A DNA stretch of 62,016 nucleotides, filler included, from 4 parts of 4 records of this genome joined end to end with filler, not necessarily neighbours in it; one strand, 5' to 3'. Positions 18,494 to 30,435 are shown, counted from the first letter of the whole stretch. Notes: generated from the letters alone by a model not told the origin. A program made the numbers and translations.

Positions 18494-19197
18494 ATGTCAA
18501 TAACAGGGGGAATACATTTTTGCCAGCGGTTGCTGAAAAGAGGGTCAGGACTGTGTTGTTCCCTGCTCTCTTTTTTCTACAACCTTGTTATTGATTTTAC
18601 TTATCCAGCTTTTTGTTTATTATGTGATAAAAGACTTTCAGAGAATGAGGATCTTGTTTGCCATGATTGCTGGGAATCTTTGCCCTATTTGGATTCCTGC
18701 TTTGTCCCAGGAACGCATTTGTTGAAATGTGATCCATCTTTTCTTTTTCTTGATTCTTCGTTTGCGCTTTGTGAATATACTCCCGCGGTACAAAAACTGA
18801 TTCATTTTATGAAATATCGGGGATTAAAGAAACTTGCCTTTAATTTTGGTCGAGTTATTGGTGATTATTTGAACAATGAATTGGCTTTTTCAGTTGACGC
18901 GCTGGTGCCAGTACCTCTTCACAGGAAAAGAAAATCGGAAAGAGGATATAATCAAGCTCATTTGCTGTGCACAACGATTGCTGAAAAATGCAACATTCCC
19001 GTATACGGATATTTACTTGAGCGCGTCAGGTATACTGCCTCGCAGGTAAATATGAATAGGGAAGAGCGAATGAAAAATGTATTTAACGCTTTTCAATTGA
19101 TTGCAGAACCCGGCTTTCAGCTAAAAACCGTTGCTCTTGTTGACGATGTTTTAACAACGGGTAGTACACTGAACGAATGTGCCCGAATACTAAAAAA
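18494..19197 (+). CDS. comF: ComF-family protein (zinc ribbon + PRTase fold), 3'-truncated
   Basis: CLLC..CHDC, VPVPLH, RGYNQ, VALVDDVLTTGST. Confidence 0.88.
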
Positions 19198-19297
19198 NNN
19201 NNNNNNNNNNNNNNNNNNNNNNNNNNNNNNNNNNNNNNNNNTTAATTAATTAANNNNNNNNNNNNNNNNNNNNNNNNNNNNNNNNNNNNNNNNNNNN
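19198..19297. other. Artificial contig linker
   Basis: N44-TTAATTAATTAA-N44. Confidence 0.98.
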
Positions 19298-19393
19298 TTT
19301 TTTTATCAAGATTTGTTATTATACCATATAATTGATTTGTAGGACCGCATCTTGCAAGTGTAGAAACTACATATATAATTTTTTTCATATGTT

Positions 19394-20560
19394 TTAGTCC
19401 CTCTTATATAAATCTCTCGTATATACTTTGTCCATAACATCACTTATTTCATCATTAACTCTGTTTGCTATTATAATATCACAGGTGTCCTTAAATTCAT
19501 CCAAATTATTTATAACTTTAGAGTGGAAGAATTCAGGCTCTTTTAAAGAAGGTTCGTAAACAACAACTTCAATCCCCTTAGCTTTAATTCTTTTCATAAC
19601 GCCTTGTATGGATGATTGTCTAAAATTATCTGAGTTAAACTTCATTGTTAATCTGTAGATTCCTACTTGTTTAGGAGCTTTTGCTATAATCGTATCTGCT
19701 ATATGATCTTTTCTTGTTGTATTAGCATCAACTATTGCGGATATTATATTTTGAGGAACAGATGAATAATTAGCAAGCAGCTGTTTAGTATCTTTAGGCA
19801 GGCAATATCCACCGTATCCAAAAGATGGGTTATTATAAAAATCTCCAATACGAGGATCCATACATACGCCTTTTATGATGTCTTTTGCATCGAGTCCCTT
19901 TATTTCTGAATAAGTATCAAGCTCATTAAAAAAAGCAACCCGTAAAGCAAGGTAAGTGTTTGCAAAAAGCTTAATAGCTTCGGCTTCGGTAGAATCAGTC
20001 AGCAAGATTTCAACGTCGTCTTTTAAGCATGCAGATTTCAACATGCTTGCAAACTTGCTTGCTTTATCTGTTTTTTCGCCCACTATTATTCTTGATGGAT
20101 GTAGGTTATCGTAAAGAGCGTTGCCTTCTCTTAAAAACTCAGGAGAAAATATAATTCTATCTGTTTTATGTTGTTCGTTCAAAGAGCGTGTAAACCCTAC
20201 GGGTATAGTTGATTTGATTATTATGGTAGCACAATCGTTTTGATTAAGTGCGTCTGATACAACTGATTCAACGGATTTTGTGTTAAAAAAGTTTCTGATA
20301 GGATCATAGTTTGTAGGTGTTGCTACAATAATATATTCAGCATCTTTATAGGCGTCGTAAGCACTGGTAGTTGCTGTTAGGTCTAAATCGTTCTCTTTTA
20401 AATATTTTTCTATATAGTAATCTATAATGGGAGATTTTTTATGACTGATCATATCCACTTTATCTTTATCAACGTCAAGTAAAACTACTTTATTATTTTG
20501 TGCTAACAACACAGCAAGAGAAAGACCTACATAGCCTGCTCCTACAACTGAAATATTCAT
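19394..20560 (-). CDS. ugd: UDP-glucose 6-dehydrogenase
   Basis: [24 protein letters not shown]. Confidence 0.95.
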   Translation of the reverse strand: MNISVVGAGYVGLSLAVLLAQNNKVVLLDVDKDKVDMISHKKSPIIDYYIEKYLKENDLDLTATTSAYDAYKDAEYIIVATPTNYDPIRNFFNTKSVESVVSDALNQNDCATIIIKSTIPVGFTRSLNEQHKTDRIIFSPEFLREGNALYDNLHPSRIIVGEKTDKASKFASMLKSACLKDDVEILLTDSTEAEAIKLFANTYLALRVAFFNELDTYSEIKGLDAKDIIKGVCMDPRIGDFYNNPSFGYGGYCLPKDTKQLLANYSSVPQNIISAIVDANTTRKDHIADTIIAKAPKQVGIYRLTMKFNSDNFRQSSIQGVMKRIKAKGIEVVVYEPSLKEPEFFHSKVINNLDEFKDTCDIIIANRVNDEISDVMDKVYTRDLYKRD

Positions 20561-20708
20561 AAATTTTAACCGCCCTCACACTAGGATTACACTCAATGAT
20601 TTTATAATATTTAATACAAATTTATTGTATGCAAAGCAAAATTGTATCAGTATATTATACAAAAAACAAATGCAATAATCAATATTTTAGTTTGTTAACT
20701 TTTATACA

Positions 20709-21233
20709 TCAGCCGTCAAAATCATTTGGCATATGTATATCTTCGTTAAAAGTAAGTCTTTTTATAACTTTTTTAGCATTAGGATATTCTTTTACAAGCT
20801 CTTGGTAGTCTGCGGCTATAAAACAATCGTTAGTAAAACCTGGGGACATTGTATTGCCAAAAAGAGAATAAAAGCCTCCAGGAATAATCTCTCCCGCCTG
20901 CCACACGCCTTTTGGAACAACAAATTGAAAGTGTTGTCCATTCATAAAATCTCGGCCCATTGTAATTCTTTTGTATTCACCTTTAGGATATAAAAGATGC
21001 AGGTAAAACGGGTCGCCATCATAAAAATGCCATATTTCATCTTCCGATAACTTATGGAAGCAAGAAGCACTTTTTATTATATCGGAATAAAGTGCAATTA
21101 TGGCAGTCGCTTGTTTTGATTTTCCGCAAACAGAATCGACATTATAAGTTCTTTTAAATAATGTGCCCTCAACAGGAAGCAATTCCAGCTCCAATTTGTC
21201 GATTATATTTTGCAAATCTTGTTTTTTGGTCAT
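20709..21233 (-). CDS. Cupin (DUF985/Cupin_5-like)
   Basis: FHKLSEDEIWHFYDGDP, QFVVPKGVWQA, MSPGF. Confidence 0.85.
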   Translation of the reverse strand: MTKKQDLQNIIDKLELELLPVEGTLFKRTYNVDSVCGKSKQATAIIALYSDIIKSASCFHKLSEDEIWHFYDGDPFYLHLLYPKGEYKRITMGRDFMNGQHFQFVVPKGVWQAGEIIPGGFYSLFGNTMSPGFTNDCFIAADYQELVKEYPNAKKVIKRLTFNEDIHMPNDFDG

Positions 21234-21498
21234 GATAAGTTTTATCCTTGTATTAGTTTTGTATTATTTTATCAGTTTGTAATATTAATAACAACCTAAA
21301 AGCTATTAAATAACGATAAATTCAATTTTGAAGAGAGTGTTTTTTAAGTAAATGTTTATTATGTAAATGTGTTGAAAATTTAAAATATAATATATATAAT
21401 TTACTTGCTTTATATAATATTGTGTTATAAAATAAGAAAAAAAGGAAATCCTATCATGACTAACAGATTTACCTTATATCGAAAATATATTGCTATGA

Positions 21499-21549
21499 AA
21501 GCACATTAATTACGAAACCGCGATTTGGGTTTTATGTACTAATGTGCTT
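21499..21549 (+). promoter_or_regulatory. Long hairpin in the glg operon leader
   Basis: AAGCACATTA...TAATGTGCTT outer stem and AAACC/GGTTT inner stem, ending 11 nt before the GGAGG RBS. Confidence 0.55.
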
Positions 21550-21573
21550 ATTTATTTCTTGGAGGCTTTACTT

Positions 21574-23421
21574 TTGACCACATCAGAATTTAGATATCTT
21601 TATAAAAAGGGTTGCGAATATAACGCGTATAATATTTTAGGAGCACACATAACAGACGAAGGTGTTGCTTTTTGCGTTTTTGCACCAAATGCTAAACAAG
21701 TTTTTGTCGTTGGAGATTTTAATGATTGGCAAAAACGAGATGAGTTGACATACGAAGACGGCTTTTGGAGTTTGAAGGTTAGCAATGCAAATATAAATGA
21801 TAGATATAAGTATATAGTTGTAGATAGACATGGTCATGAAGTATATAAGGCGGATCCATATGGTTTTTATTCGCAACTTCGATCTGAAACAGCAAGTATT
21901 ATTGCTGACCCTTTTGATTACGAATGGAAAGATAATGATTGGATAGAAAAAAGGGCAAAGAGTAATTTGTTTGAATGCCCTATCAATATCTATGAGGTTC
22001 AGCTTTCGTCGTTTGATTCTGTTGTGAAAGATGGAAAGCCGATTGATGTTAGAAAAACTGGTAAGGCATTGGTTGAATATGCAAAGTCTATGAACTATAC
22101 GCATATAGAGTTTATGCCGGTTTGTGAATACCCTCTTGATGCTTCTTGGGGATATCAATGCACGGGATACTTTAGCCTTTCTGGCAGATATAGCTCTATT
22201 AGAGATTTTCAATATTTGATAGATCTTTGTCATGAAAACGATATCGGTGTTATTTTGGATTGGGTTCCGGGACATTTTTGTCCAGACCAACATGGTCTTT
22301 ATAAGTTTGACGGAAGCCATATGTATGGCGATATGCTACATCCTCATTGGGGTACATTTGAGTTTGATTTTTCAAATAAGTCGGTTTGGAGCTTTTTGCT
22401 GTCTAGTGCAGTGTTTTGGGCAAAAGCTTATCATATAGATGGCATACGTGTCGATGGCGTTTCTAGCATGCTTTATTTAAATTATGGAAGAGCTGAAAAA
22501 ACAGTGTTTAACGCTGTTGGCGGGGATGATGACCTAGATGCAAAAGCATTTTTACAGGAATTTAATGTTGTTATGCATAGGGAATTTGAAGGCTTTTTGA
22601 CTTTTGCGGAAGAAGCTACTTCGTACCAGAAAATAACTTCTCCTGTTTTTTCTGACGGCATTGGCTTTGATTATAAGTGGAATATGGGTTGGATGAATGA
22701 TACTCTGGATTTTTTTAGTGTAGATTTTGATTTTAGAAATATAAATCACAATTTCATAACTTTTTCATCTGTATATATGAGAGATGAAAAGTTTGTACTG
22801 CCTTTTTCGCATGATGAGGTTGTTCATGGTAAAAAGCAGCTTATTGATAAGATGCCAGGTGAGTATTGGAGAAGGTTTGCAGGGCTAAGAGTGCTTATGG
22901 CATATCAGATGTTTTATCCTGGTAAAAAACTTAACTTTATGGGTAATGATATAGCACAAAGTATGGAATGGAGATACTATGAGCCGATAGAGTGGTTTAT
23001 GCTTAAATATCCTATTCATGATAGTTTTCATGAATATATGAGGGATCTTAATAAAATATATATAGATGAGCCGGCATTATATGATATGGATAATGATATT
23101 TATGGCTTTGAGTGGATTGATGCGCAGAATAAACAGCAAAATGTATTTTCGTTTTTAAGAAGAGCAAAGGACGGAACAGAAATTATAGTGGTTTTGAACT
23201 TTTCTATATATCCGTACGAAGGCTTTAACGTTGGTGTAACTACTAAAGGCGAATATAAAGAGATTATATCTTCGGATTTGAAAAAATTTGATGGAACTAA
23301 TGTACATAATGAAGGAATAATTAAAACAAACGATTCTAGCTTTCACGATAGACAGTATTCTATATGCATTAATGTGCCGCCGCTTGGTGCTATTGCATTA
23401 AAAAATATAAATAAAAAGTAG
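21574..23421 (+). CDS. glgB: 1,4-alpha-glucan branching enzyme
   Basis: SWGYQ, DWVPGHF, GIRVDGV, AEE, KWNMGWM, SHDEVVHGK; TTG start 8 nt after GGAGG. Confidence 0.95.
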   Translation: MTTSEFRYLYKKGCEYNAYNILGAHITDEGVAFCVFAPNAKQVFVVGDFNDWQKRDELTYEDGFWSLKVSNANINDRYKYIVVDRHGHEVYKADPYGFYSQLRSETASIIADPFDYEWKDNDWIEKRAKSNLFECPINIYEVQLSSFDSVVKDGKPIDVRKTGKALVEYAKSMNYTHIEFMPVCEYPLDASWGYQCTGYFSLSGRYSSIRDFQYLIDLCHENDIGVILDWVPGHFCPDQHGLYKFDGSHMYGDMLHPHWGTFEFDFSNKSVWSFLLSSAVFWAKAYHIDGIRVDGVSSMLYLNYGRAEKTVFNAVGGDDDLDAKAFLQEFNVVMHREFEGFLTFAEEATSYQKITSPVFSDGIGFDYKWNMGWMNDTLDFFSVDFDFRNINHNFITFSSVYMRDEKFVLPFSHDEVVHGKKQLIDKMPGEYWRRFAGLRVLMAYQMFYPGKKLNFMGNDIAQSMEWRYYEPIEWFMLKYPIHDSFHEYMRDLNKIYIDEPALYDMDNDIYGFEWIDAQNKQQNVFSFLRRAKDGTEIIVVLNFSIYPYEGFNVGVTTKGEYKEIISSDLKKFDGTNVHNEGIIKTNDSSFHDRQYSICINVPPLGAIALKNINKK

Positions 23422-23461
23422 AAAACAAATTATTAACTTAAACAGAATAGGAGATAACATT

Positions 23462-25870
23462 ATGAATAAGTACGTTGACGAATTTAAAAGCAATTACGAA
23501 CAGATATGTAACGAACACTTTGCAGAACTGCCTTCTTCATTAAAGCCAGTAGAACAGTATTTGGCGCTTGCAACAATGTTGGCAGAAGACATTAGAAAAA
23601 AATGGAGTAAAAGCAGACATGAACACAGAAAAGACAGGAAAGTATACTATTTTTCATCAGAATTTTTAATGGGCCATTTATTATCTCAGAACTTGAATGC
23701 TTTAAACATTTGGGATATTGTTGAAGCAGGTCTTTCCGATTTTGGAATATCTCTTGATGAAATATTAAAGATTGAAAGTGACGCTGGTCTTGGTAATGGT
23801 GGGCTTGGAAGACTCGCAGCTTGTTTTATGGATAGTATGACGCATCTTGGTATTTGTGGAAGAGGAAACAGCATAAGATATAGATACGGATTTTTTAAAC
23901 AAGAAATTAAAAATTTTGAACAGCATGAAGTTGCTGAAAATTGGTTAGCAAATGGGTATCCTTGGGAAACTAAAAGACTGGGTAGAAGCGTAGACGTTAG
24001 GTTTGGTGGAAACGTAAATGTTGGTTTTGAAGAAGGAAGACTTGCTTTTACGCATGAAAATTATTGGGAAGTTAAAGCTATACCTTATGATGTGTCTGTA
24101 ATATCAAATGACAATAGAGATCATGTAAATGCGCTAAGACTTTGGGATGCTGAAGCAAAAGACGGATTTAACTTTCATATATATAATGCTGGTGATTATG
24201 CTGGAGCTATATCCAATCAGGTTCGTGCGGAAAATTTAGTTCAAATATTGTACCCTAATGATAGCCACGAGGAAGGTAAAAAACTGAGACTGATGCAGGA
24301 ATACTTTTTTGTATGTGCTGGCGTTAATGCTATTGTTGATGAATACTTTGAAAACGCTGGTAGTTTAGATAATATAGAAGATTATATCTGTATACATATA
24401 AATGATACACATCCTGCACTCTGTGTTCCTGAGCTTATGAGAATATTCTTGGATGAATTTGATATGGTTTGGGAGACGGCGTGGGACAAGACAAAAAAGA
24501 TTATATCATACACAAACCACACAATTTTGCCAGAGGCTTTGGAGACTTGGTCTGTTGATATTTTAAATTATGTTCAACCGCGTATATTTATGGTTATTGA
24601 AGAGATAAACAGAAGGTTTATAGATGGGTTGCTGGAAGACCCTAATATAGATAATTCTGTGATAAACGATGTTTCTATAATTAAAGATGGAATGGTACAC
24701 ATGGCTGCACTTTCTGTTGTAGGAAGTCATTCTGTTAATGGGGTTGCTGAAATTCACTCTGAAATTATAAAAGATAGAGTGATGAACCCATATTATAAAT
24801 TGTATCCTGAAAGATTTAACAACAAAACAAACGGAATATCACACAGGATATTCTTGAGCAATGCTAATAAAGAGCTTACAAAGCTCATAACTGATACGAT
24901 AGGCAAGGAATGGAAAAACGATACCTATCAGCTAAAAAAACTTTTGGATTATAAAGAAGACAGGGGTTTTGTTGAAAGATTTAAAACAATCAAATATAAT
25001 AATAAAATCAAGCTAGCGGCTATTATCTATGATAAAACTGGCTATCAAGTTGATCCAAATTCTATATTTGATATACAAGTTAAAAGAATTCATGCATATA
25101 AAAGACAACTTCTGAATATCCTTGGTATAATGTATAGATGCATGAATGACCCAGAGTACTTTAATAATATGCATCCTCATACGTTTATTTTTGCTGGGAA
25201 AGCAGCACCATCTTATGATTATGCAAAATCTATTATAAGGCTTTGCTGCAGATTATCTGAAAGAGTAAATAATGACCCGATACTTTCTAAAAAAATAAAA
25301 GTTATTTTCTTGGATAACTTTAATGTTTCTCTTGCGCAATATATTTACCCTGCAGCAGATGTTAGTCAACAGATTTCTACAGCAGGTATGGAGGCTTCTG
25401 GTACTGGTAACATGAAGTTTATGATGAACGGTGCAGTTACGCTAGGAACGCTTGATGGTGCTAATGTTGAGATTGGCGAACTTGTTGGAGATGATAATAT
25501 CTTCATATTTGGTATGAATGTTGATGAAGTTGAAGAGTCAAGAAGCAATCCGTATGATCCTATGAAATATATGGTAGATTTTAAACTTAGAGAAGTTGTA
25601 AACAAATTGCAGTCTGGCTTCTTTGTTGGGGATATGCGTCAATTTCAAGATGTATATGATTCACTCTTCTCGCAGGGAGACTATTTTAGGGTGTTGGAAG
25701 ATTTTGAAAGCTATATGAATGCATGTAAGCTTTGTGAAAAAACATATACACAGGGTGATGATTTTGTTAAGATGCAAATTCACAATATTGCAATGTCTGG
25801 TCACTTTTCATCCGACAGAACTATTCGTGAATATGCGAAAGATATTTGGAACGTAGAACCACGTAGTTAA
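23462..25870 (+). CDS. glgP: Glycogen phosphorylase
   Basis: GLGNGGLGRLAACF, HINDTHP, KRIHAYKRQ, EASGTGNMK. Confidence 0.97.
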   Translation: MNKYVDEFKSNYEQICNEHFAELPSSLKPVEQYLALATMLAEDIRKKWSKSRHEHRKDRKVYYFSSEFLMGHLLSQNLNALNIWDIVEAGLSDFGISLDEILKIESDAGLGNGGLGRLAACFMDSMTHLGICGRGNSIRYRYGFFKQEIKNFEQHEVAENWLANGYPWETKRLGRSVDVRFGGNVNVGFEEGRLAFTHENYWEVKAIPYDVSVISNDNRDHVNALRLWDAEAKDGFNFHIYNAGDYAGAISNQVRAENLVQILYPNDSHEEGKKLRLMQEYFFVCAGVNAIVDEYFENAGSLDNIEDYICIHINDTHPALCVPELMRIFLDEFDMVWETAWDKTKKIISYTNHTILPEALETWSVDILNYVQPRIFMVIEEINRRFIDGLLEDPNIDNSVINDVSIIKDGMVHMAALSVVGSHSVNGVAEIHSEIIKDRVMNPYYKLYPERFNNKTNGISHRIFLSNANKELTKLITDTIGKEWKNDTYQLKKLLDYKEDRGFVERFKTIKYNNKIKLAAIIYDKTGYQVDPNSIFDIQVKRIHAYKRQLLNILGIMYRCMNDPEYFNNMHPHTFIFAGKAAPSYDYAKSIIRLCCRLSERVNNDPILSKKIKVIFLDNFNVSLAQYIYPAADVSQQISTAGMEASGTGNMKFMMNGAVTLGTLDGANVEIGELVGDDNIFIFGMNVDEVEESRSNPYDPMKYMVDFKLREVVNKLQSGFFVGDMRQFQDVYDSLFSQGDYFRVLEDFESYMNACKLCEKTYTQGDDFVKMQIHNIAMSGHFSSDRTIREYAKDIWNVEPRS

Positions 25871-25914
25871 TATATAAATTTTTTGAATATAACAAGCGTT
25901 AAGGAGGGGTAAGC

Positions 25915-27063
25915 ATGAAACAACATGAAACTGTAGCTATGCTGCTTGCAGGCGGTCAAGGTAGCAGGCTAGGAGGATTGACACATAAGTTGGCAAAACC
26001 AGCAGTGTCATTTGGTGGGAAATATAGAATAATTGATTTTCCTTTAAGTAACTGCCGTAATTCTGATATCGAAGTGGTCGGAGTTTTGACTCAATATAAA
26101 CCTTTGATATTAAATACCTATATAAGCACAGGTGCTCCTTGGGCTTTGGATTCTCTTAGCGGTGGCGTAAGAATTCTTCCACCTTATGTTGGCATGGACG
26201 GCGGAAGCTGGTATAAAGGCACAGCTGATGCGGTTTTTCAAAACATTGAGTTTATTGACCAATATAATCCAACAAATGTTGTTGTGCTTTCTGGAGATCA
26301 TATATATAAGATGAATTATCAGGATATGATCGATTTTAATGATGAAAATGATGCTCATGCTACAATAGCTGTTATGGATGTTCCGCTTAAAGAAGCTTCT
26401 AGATTTGGCATTTTAAACACAGATAAAAACAATAAAATAACAAGTTTTGATGAGAAACCAAAGGTTCCAAAAAGTACTAAGGCATCTATGGGGGTGTATA
26501 CATTTAAATGGGATACTTTAAGAGCGGCGCTTTTAGAAGATGCGTATAACCAAGAATCTGACCATGATTTTGGTAAGAATATTATTCCTATGCTTCTTGA
26601 TTACAATAAGAAGGTTTATGCTTATGAGTTTGAAGGTTATTGGAAGGATATTGGAACTGTAGATAGTTATTATGAAGCTAGCATGGAGCTTTTGTTAGAC
26701 GAACCGCCTTTTGATTTATCTGATCCGGATTTTCATATATATTCTAATAATATCAACGCTATGCCGCAGATCATTGGAGAAGATGCAATTGTCGAAAACT
26801 CTATGATATGTGACGGATGTATAATTGAGGGAACTGTAAGAAACTCTATTATTTCAATGAAAGTATACATAGGAAAAGATGCTGTTGTAGAAAATTCTAT
26901 AATTATGCACAACGCATATATCGATCGCGGGGTAAAAGTGCAAGACGCAGTTGTATCGGAAGACCTTGTTGTAAACCAAGGTGTATTAAAAGGAAACATT
27001 GGTCAAAAAAGTTCTGATAACATAAACCTTTTATATAAACCCGCAGTATCAGAAAAAATATAG
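25915..27063 (+). CDS. glgC: ADP-glucose pyrophosphorylase
   Basis: [36 protein letters not shown]. Confidence 0.95.
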   Translation: MKQHETVAMLLAGGQGSRLGGLTHKLAKPAVSFGGKYRIIDFPLSNCRNSDIEVVGVLTQYKPLILNTYISTGAPWALDSLSGGVRILPPYVGMDGGSWYKGTADAVFQNIEFIDQYNPTNVVVLSGDHIYKMNYQDMIDFNDENDAHATIAVMDVPLKEASRFGILNTDKNNKITSFDEKPKVPKSTKASMGVYTFKWDTLRAALLEDAYNQESDHDFGKNIIPMLLDYNKKVYAYEFEGYWKDIGTVDSYYEASMELLLDEPPFDLSDPDFHIYSNNINAMPQIIGEDAIVENSMICDGCIIEGTVRNSIISMKVYIGKDAVVENSIIMHNAYIDRGVKVQDAVVSEDLVVNQGVLKGNIGQKSSDNINLLYKPAVSEKI

Positions 27064-27076
27064 GAGGCAATAATAT

Positions 27077-28183
27077 ATGAAAAAGACATTGGGAATAATA
27101 GTAAACAATCAATCTCAAAATTTGATGCCTCTTACAGGACATAGAAACCCGATTACTTTGCCGTTTTTTGCAAGATATAGGCTTGTTGATTTTGCCATGT
27201 CTAATATGGTGAACAGTAAGGTTAGTAAAATAGGTGTTGTTGCAAGTGATAAATACAGATCGCTATTAGATCACGTAGGAACAGGGCAGGAATGGGGGCT
27301 TTCTCGTAAAAGCCAATCTCTTGTTATTCTACAAGGTACAAAAAGCCTTAATCCAACTGATGCACCGCAAGTGAATTTGATGGATTTTGAAAAAAACCGT
27401 ATGGTATTTGAAAGAACAAATCATAGCAATGTTATTTTAGCAGGATCAAATGTCGTATGTCATATCGACTACTTAAAAGCTTTGGATTTTCATATTAAAA
27501 GCGATGCGGATATCACTTTTGTATGCCAGAATATTGAACCTGGTGAAAATGAAAAGGATAATTTGTATTTTAAAGTTGATAGCAATGACAATATAACTAA
27601 GCTGCAGTATAATAGCAAACGCGGATGTAATAAACGATTAGCGAGTAAAATGATTTTGAAAAAAGAAGTGATGCTTAAGGTTTTAAATGTAGCTGGTGAG
27701 CTTGGTGAATATGAGCTTTTAAGACTTATAAAAGACAACATCAGCTTTTTTAAGATTAAATGCTATACATATAATGGTTATATGAGAAAGATAAAAACCA
27801 TTCAAGATTACTATGATATAAGCATGGAACTTTTGGATACAGAAATAGCTTGTAAACTTTTTAGTGGTGATGATATTGTTTATACTAAGATGAAGGATAA
27901 CCATCCTACACTCTATAAAAAATCTTCTAAGGTTAAAAAGTCGGCTGTTGCTAGCGGAAGTACTATAGCTGGTGAGGTTTCAAACTCTATCCTTTTTAGA
28001 GATATCAAACAAGACGAAGGCAGCGTTATAAAGAACTCTATACTTATGGAGGGCTGTAAAATAGGTAAAAATGTGAACTTGGAGTATGTTATTTGTGACA
28101 GAAATGTTGTAATATCGGACAACATATCAATAAAAGGCGCGTCTGATAATCCTGTTGTATTCCAAAAGGAGACCACGCTATGA
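27077..28183 (+). CDS. glgD: ADP-glucose pyrophosphorylase regulatory subunit
   Basis: LPFFARYRLVDF, RSLLDHVGTGQEW, GEVSNSILFR; lacks the GlgC catalytic N-motif. Confidence 0.9.
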   Translation: MKKTLGIIVNNQSQNLMPLTGHRNPITLPFFARYRLVDFAMSNMVNSKVSKIGVVASDKYRSLLDHVGTGQEWGLSRKSQSLVILQGTKSLNPTDAPQVNLMDFEKNRMVFERTNHSNVILAGSNVVCHIDYLKALDFHIKSDADITFVCQNIEPGENEKDNLYFKVDSNDNITKLQYNSKRGCNKRLASKMILKKEVMLKVLNVAGELGEYELLRLIKDNISFFKIKCYTYNGYMRKIKTIQDYYDISMELLDTEIACKLFSGDDIVYTKMKDNHPTLYKKSSKVKKSAVASGSTIAGEVSNSILFRDIKQDEGSVIKNSILMEGCKIGKNVNLEYVICDRNVVISDNISIKGASDNPVVFQKETTL

Positions 28184-29616
28184 TTAACGAAAGTTTAAGC
28201 GTTTTATTTGTCGCATCAGAATGTGTTCCGCTTTGTAAAACGGGTGGACTTGCTGATGTTGTAGGTGCTTTACCAGAATCATTAAGCAAAATTGATGTGG
28301 ACACAAAAATCATATTACCTTTTTATGAAACTCTTCCAAAAGAAGTTCGTGAAAAAGCTACTCTTGTGAAAGAGTTTGAAATGGAAATGGACTGGAGGGT
28401 TCAGTATGTTGGTCTTATGACCTTGGAATATGAATCTAAAACATACTATTTTATTGATAATCAGTTTTATTTTTGTAGAGATAGCCTTTATGGATATTAT
28501 GATGACTGTGAAAGGTTTATATTTTTTAGCCTAGCAGTTTTGGAATGTTTAAAATATATTGAAGCGATTGATATAATACACTGTAACGATTGGCAAACTG
28601 CGCTTATCCCAACTATGCTAAAACATAGATACTCTAAGATTAAAGGATATGAATCATACAAAACAGTTTTTACAATTCATAACTTAAGATTCCAAGGACA
28701 GATGGGCTTTACAGACCTAATATCGATGCTTCATATTGGACATAATGAAACATGGCTTTGGCAGTTTTATCACAATTTCCAAGGCAACTTCTTAAAATCT
28801 GCGCTTTACAATGCTGATATGATAACTACAGTTAGTCCAACCTACGCCGAGGAAATAAAACATGCTTATTATGCAGAGGGTATGCAGGATTATATATCTG
28901 ATGTTGAGCATAAACTTAAGGGAATATTAAATGGGATTGATGTGAACACTTTTGATCCTAGTTGTGATAGGAAAATTTATTTTAAGTATACTGATGCAAA
29001 TGACAAGATTAAAAACAAAAAGGCATTTAGAGCAGAGTACAATTTAGACGAAAATGACTCTATGATGATTGGTATGATTACAAGATTGGATTCGCAAAAA
29101 GGATTGGATCTAGTGCTTTATGCTATAGAAAAAATCATGGAATTGGATGTTCAGTTTGTTTTGCTTGGAACAGGAGACAAAGTTTTTGAAGGTAAGTTTC
29201 ATGAGATAGAGGATAAATACAGTGCAAAAGCTAGATGCTTTATTATGTATGACGAAAAATTGGCGCACAGAATTTATGCTGCATCAGATGTGTTTTTGAT
29301 GCCGTCACGCTTTGAGCCTTGTGGGCTTGGACAACTTATAGCGATGAGATACGGTAGCTTGCCTATTGTTCGTGAAACAGGGGGGCTTTTTGATACCGTT
29401 GTTCCTATTAATAAAATAACTGGCGAGGGTACAGGGTTTTCTTTTGCTAACTATAATGGTGATGAGTTATATAACACTGTTAATATGGCTTATGACACTT
29501 ATAAAAATGATAAAGAATTGTTTGAAAGTATGATTGAATCTGGCATGCAAAAGGATTTTTCTTGGATGACGTCTGCAATTGAATATAAAAAAATATACGA
29601 TGAGATAATGGAATAA
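28180..29616 (+). CDS. glgA: Glycogen synthase
   Basis: KTGGLADV, HCNDWQ, TIHNL, PSRFEPCGL. Confidence 0.96.
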   Translation: MINESLSVLFVASECVPLCKTGGLADVVGALPESLSKIDVDTKIILPFYETLPKEVREKATLVKEFEMEMDWRVQYVGLMTLEYESKTYYFIDNQFYFCRDSLYGYYDDCERFIFFSLAVLECLKYIEAIDIIHCNDWQTALIPTMLKHRYSKIKGYESYKTVFTIHNLRFQGQMGFTDLISMLHIGHNETWLWQFYHNFQGNFLKSALYNADMITTVSPTYAEEIKHAYYAEGMQDYISDVEHKLKGILNGIDVNTFDPSCDRKIYFKYTDANDKIKNKKAFRAEYNLDENDSMMIGMITRLDSQKGLDLVLYAIEKIMELDVQFVLLGTGDKVFEGKFHEIEDKYSAKARCFIMYDEKLAHRIYAASDVFLMPSRFEPCGLGQLIAMRYGSLPIVRETGGLFDTVVPINKITGEGTGFSFANYNGDELYNTVNMAYDTYKNDKELFESMIESGMQKDFSWMTSAIEYKKIYDEIME

Positions 29617-29643
29617 GATAAAATATAAAACAATAGATTACAT

Positions 29644-29681
29644 AAAAGGCTTTTTCGAATAATGCGATAAGGCCTTTTTTA
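29644..29681. terminator. Probable terminator between convergent glgA and crp
   Basis: AAAAGGCTTT...AAGGCCTTTTTT imperfect stem. Confidence 0.55.
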
Positions 29682-29744
29682 ATGCGCATATGCATATTGA
29701 ATTTTATTCAGACGTTAAATAAATAGTATTATTTAAGTTAAGAA

Positions 29745-30428
29745 TTATTGGTGTTTTAACAGTGTGAAAGTGTTTTTATGGTAATCTATTATGTTCTCTG
29801 ACTTCATTCTAGACAACTCTCTTGATAGTGCACTTCTATCGATGTTTAAATACTCAGCTAGCTCGTTCCTGTTTAGCGGTATTATAATTTTGTCTTTTCT
29901 TTGTAGCTTACAAACTCTTAAAAGATACACCAAAATTTTTTGTCTTACTGAAGCCTGTACAAGGCAATCGATTCTTTCGTGCAAATCAAGAGATTTTTCA
30001 GCAACTATATTTAGATAGTTTTGAATTAAGATATCATGTTTTTCGCATTGATTAGAACATTTGTGTATTAAGGATGCAAAAGGAATTTTAAGCAAAACAA
30101 CATCACTTTGTGCCTGAACATATACAGGACTTGTGCGGTGTTTGCTAGAAGCTAAAAGTACGCCGGTATATCCGCCTTGGTTAATATAAGTTATTATGAT
30201 GGGTCTTCCGTTTTCTTGAGATTTCATAGATTTTAAATTTCCACTTAAAACTATACCAATCTCTTTTACAGGATCGTTTTCGTGTATTATTATTTCGTCC
30301 TGTTTAAAGTCTAATACAGTTACAGAAAGGCATTTTAAAAGTTCCTGTATCTCGTTTTCCAAAAAACCTTCAAATAATTGTGAGTTTTTTAACAAAATCA
30401 GGTTGTTTTTTGTTATTTTTGTTGCCAT
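29745..30428 (-). CDS. Crp/Fnr-family transcriptional regulator
   Basis: cNMP-like domain, CxxxCxxH linker, HTH LNRNELAEYLNIDRSALSRELS. Confidence 0.92.
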   Translation of the reverse strand: MATKITKNNLILLKNSQLFEGFLENEIQELLKCLSVTVLDFKQDEIIIHENDPVKEIGIVLSGNLKSMKSQENGRPIIITYINQGGYTGVLLASSKHRTSPVYVQAQSDVVLLKIPFASLIHKCSNQCEKHDILIQNYLNIVAEKSLDLHERIDCLVQASVRQKILVYLLRVCKLQRKDKIIIPLNRNELAEYLNIDRSALSRELSRMKSENIIDYHKNTFTLLKHQ

Positions 30429-30435
30429 GGCAACA
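30420..30435. promoter_or_regulatory. Perfect 16-bp palindromic operator overlapping the crp start codon
   Basis: TGTTGCCATGGCAACA. Confidence 0.7.
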
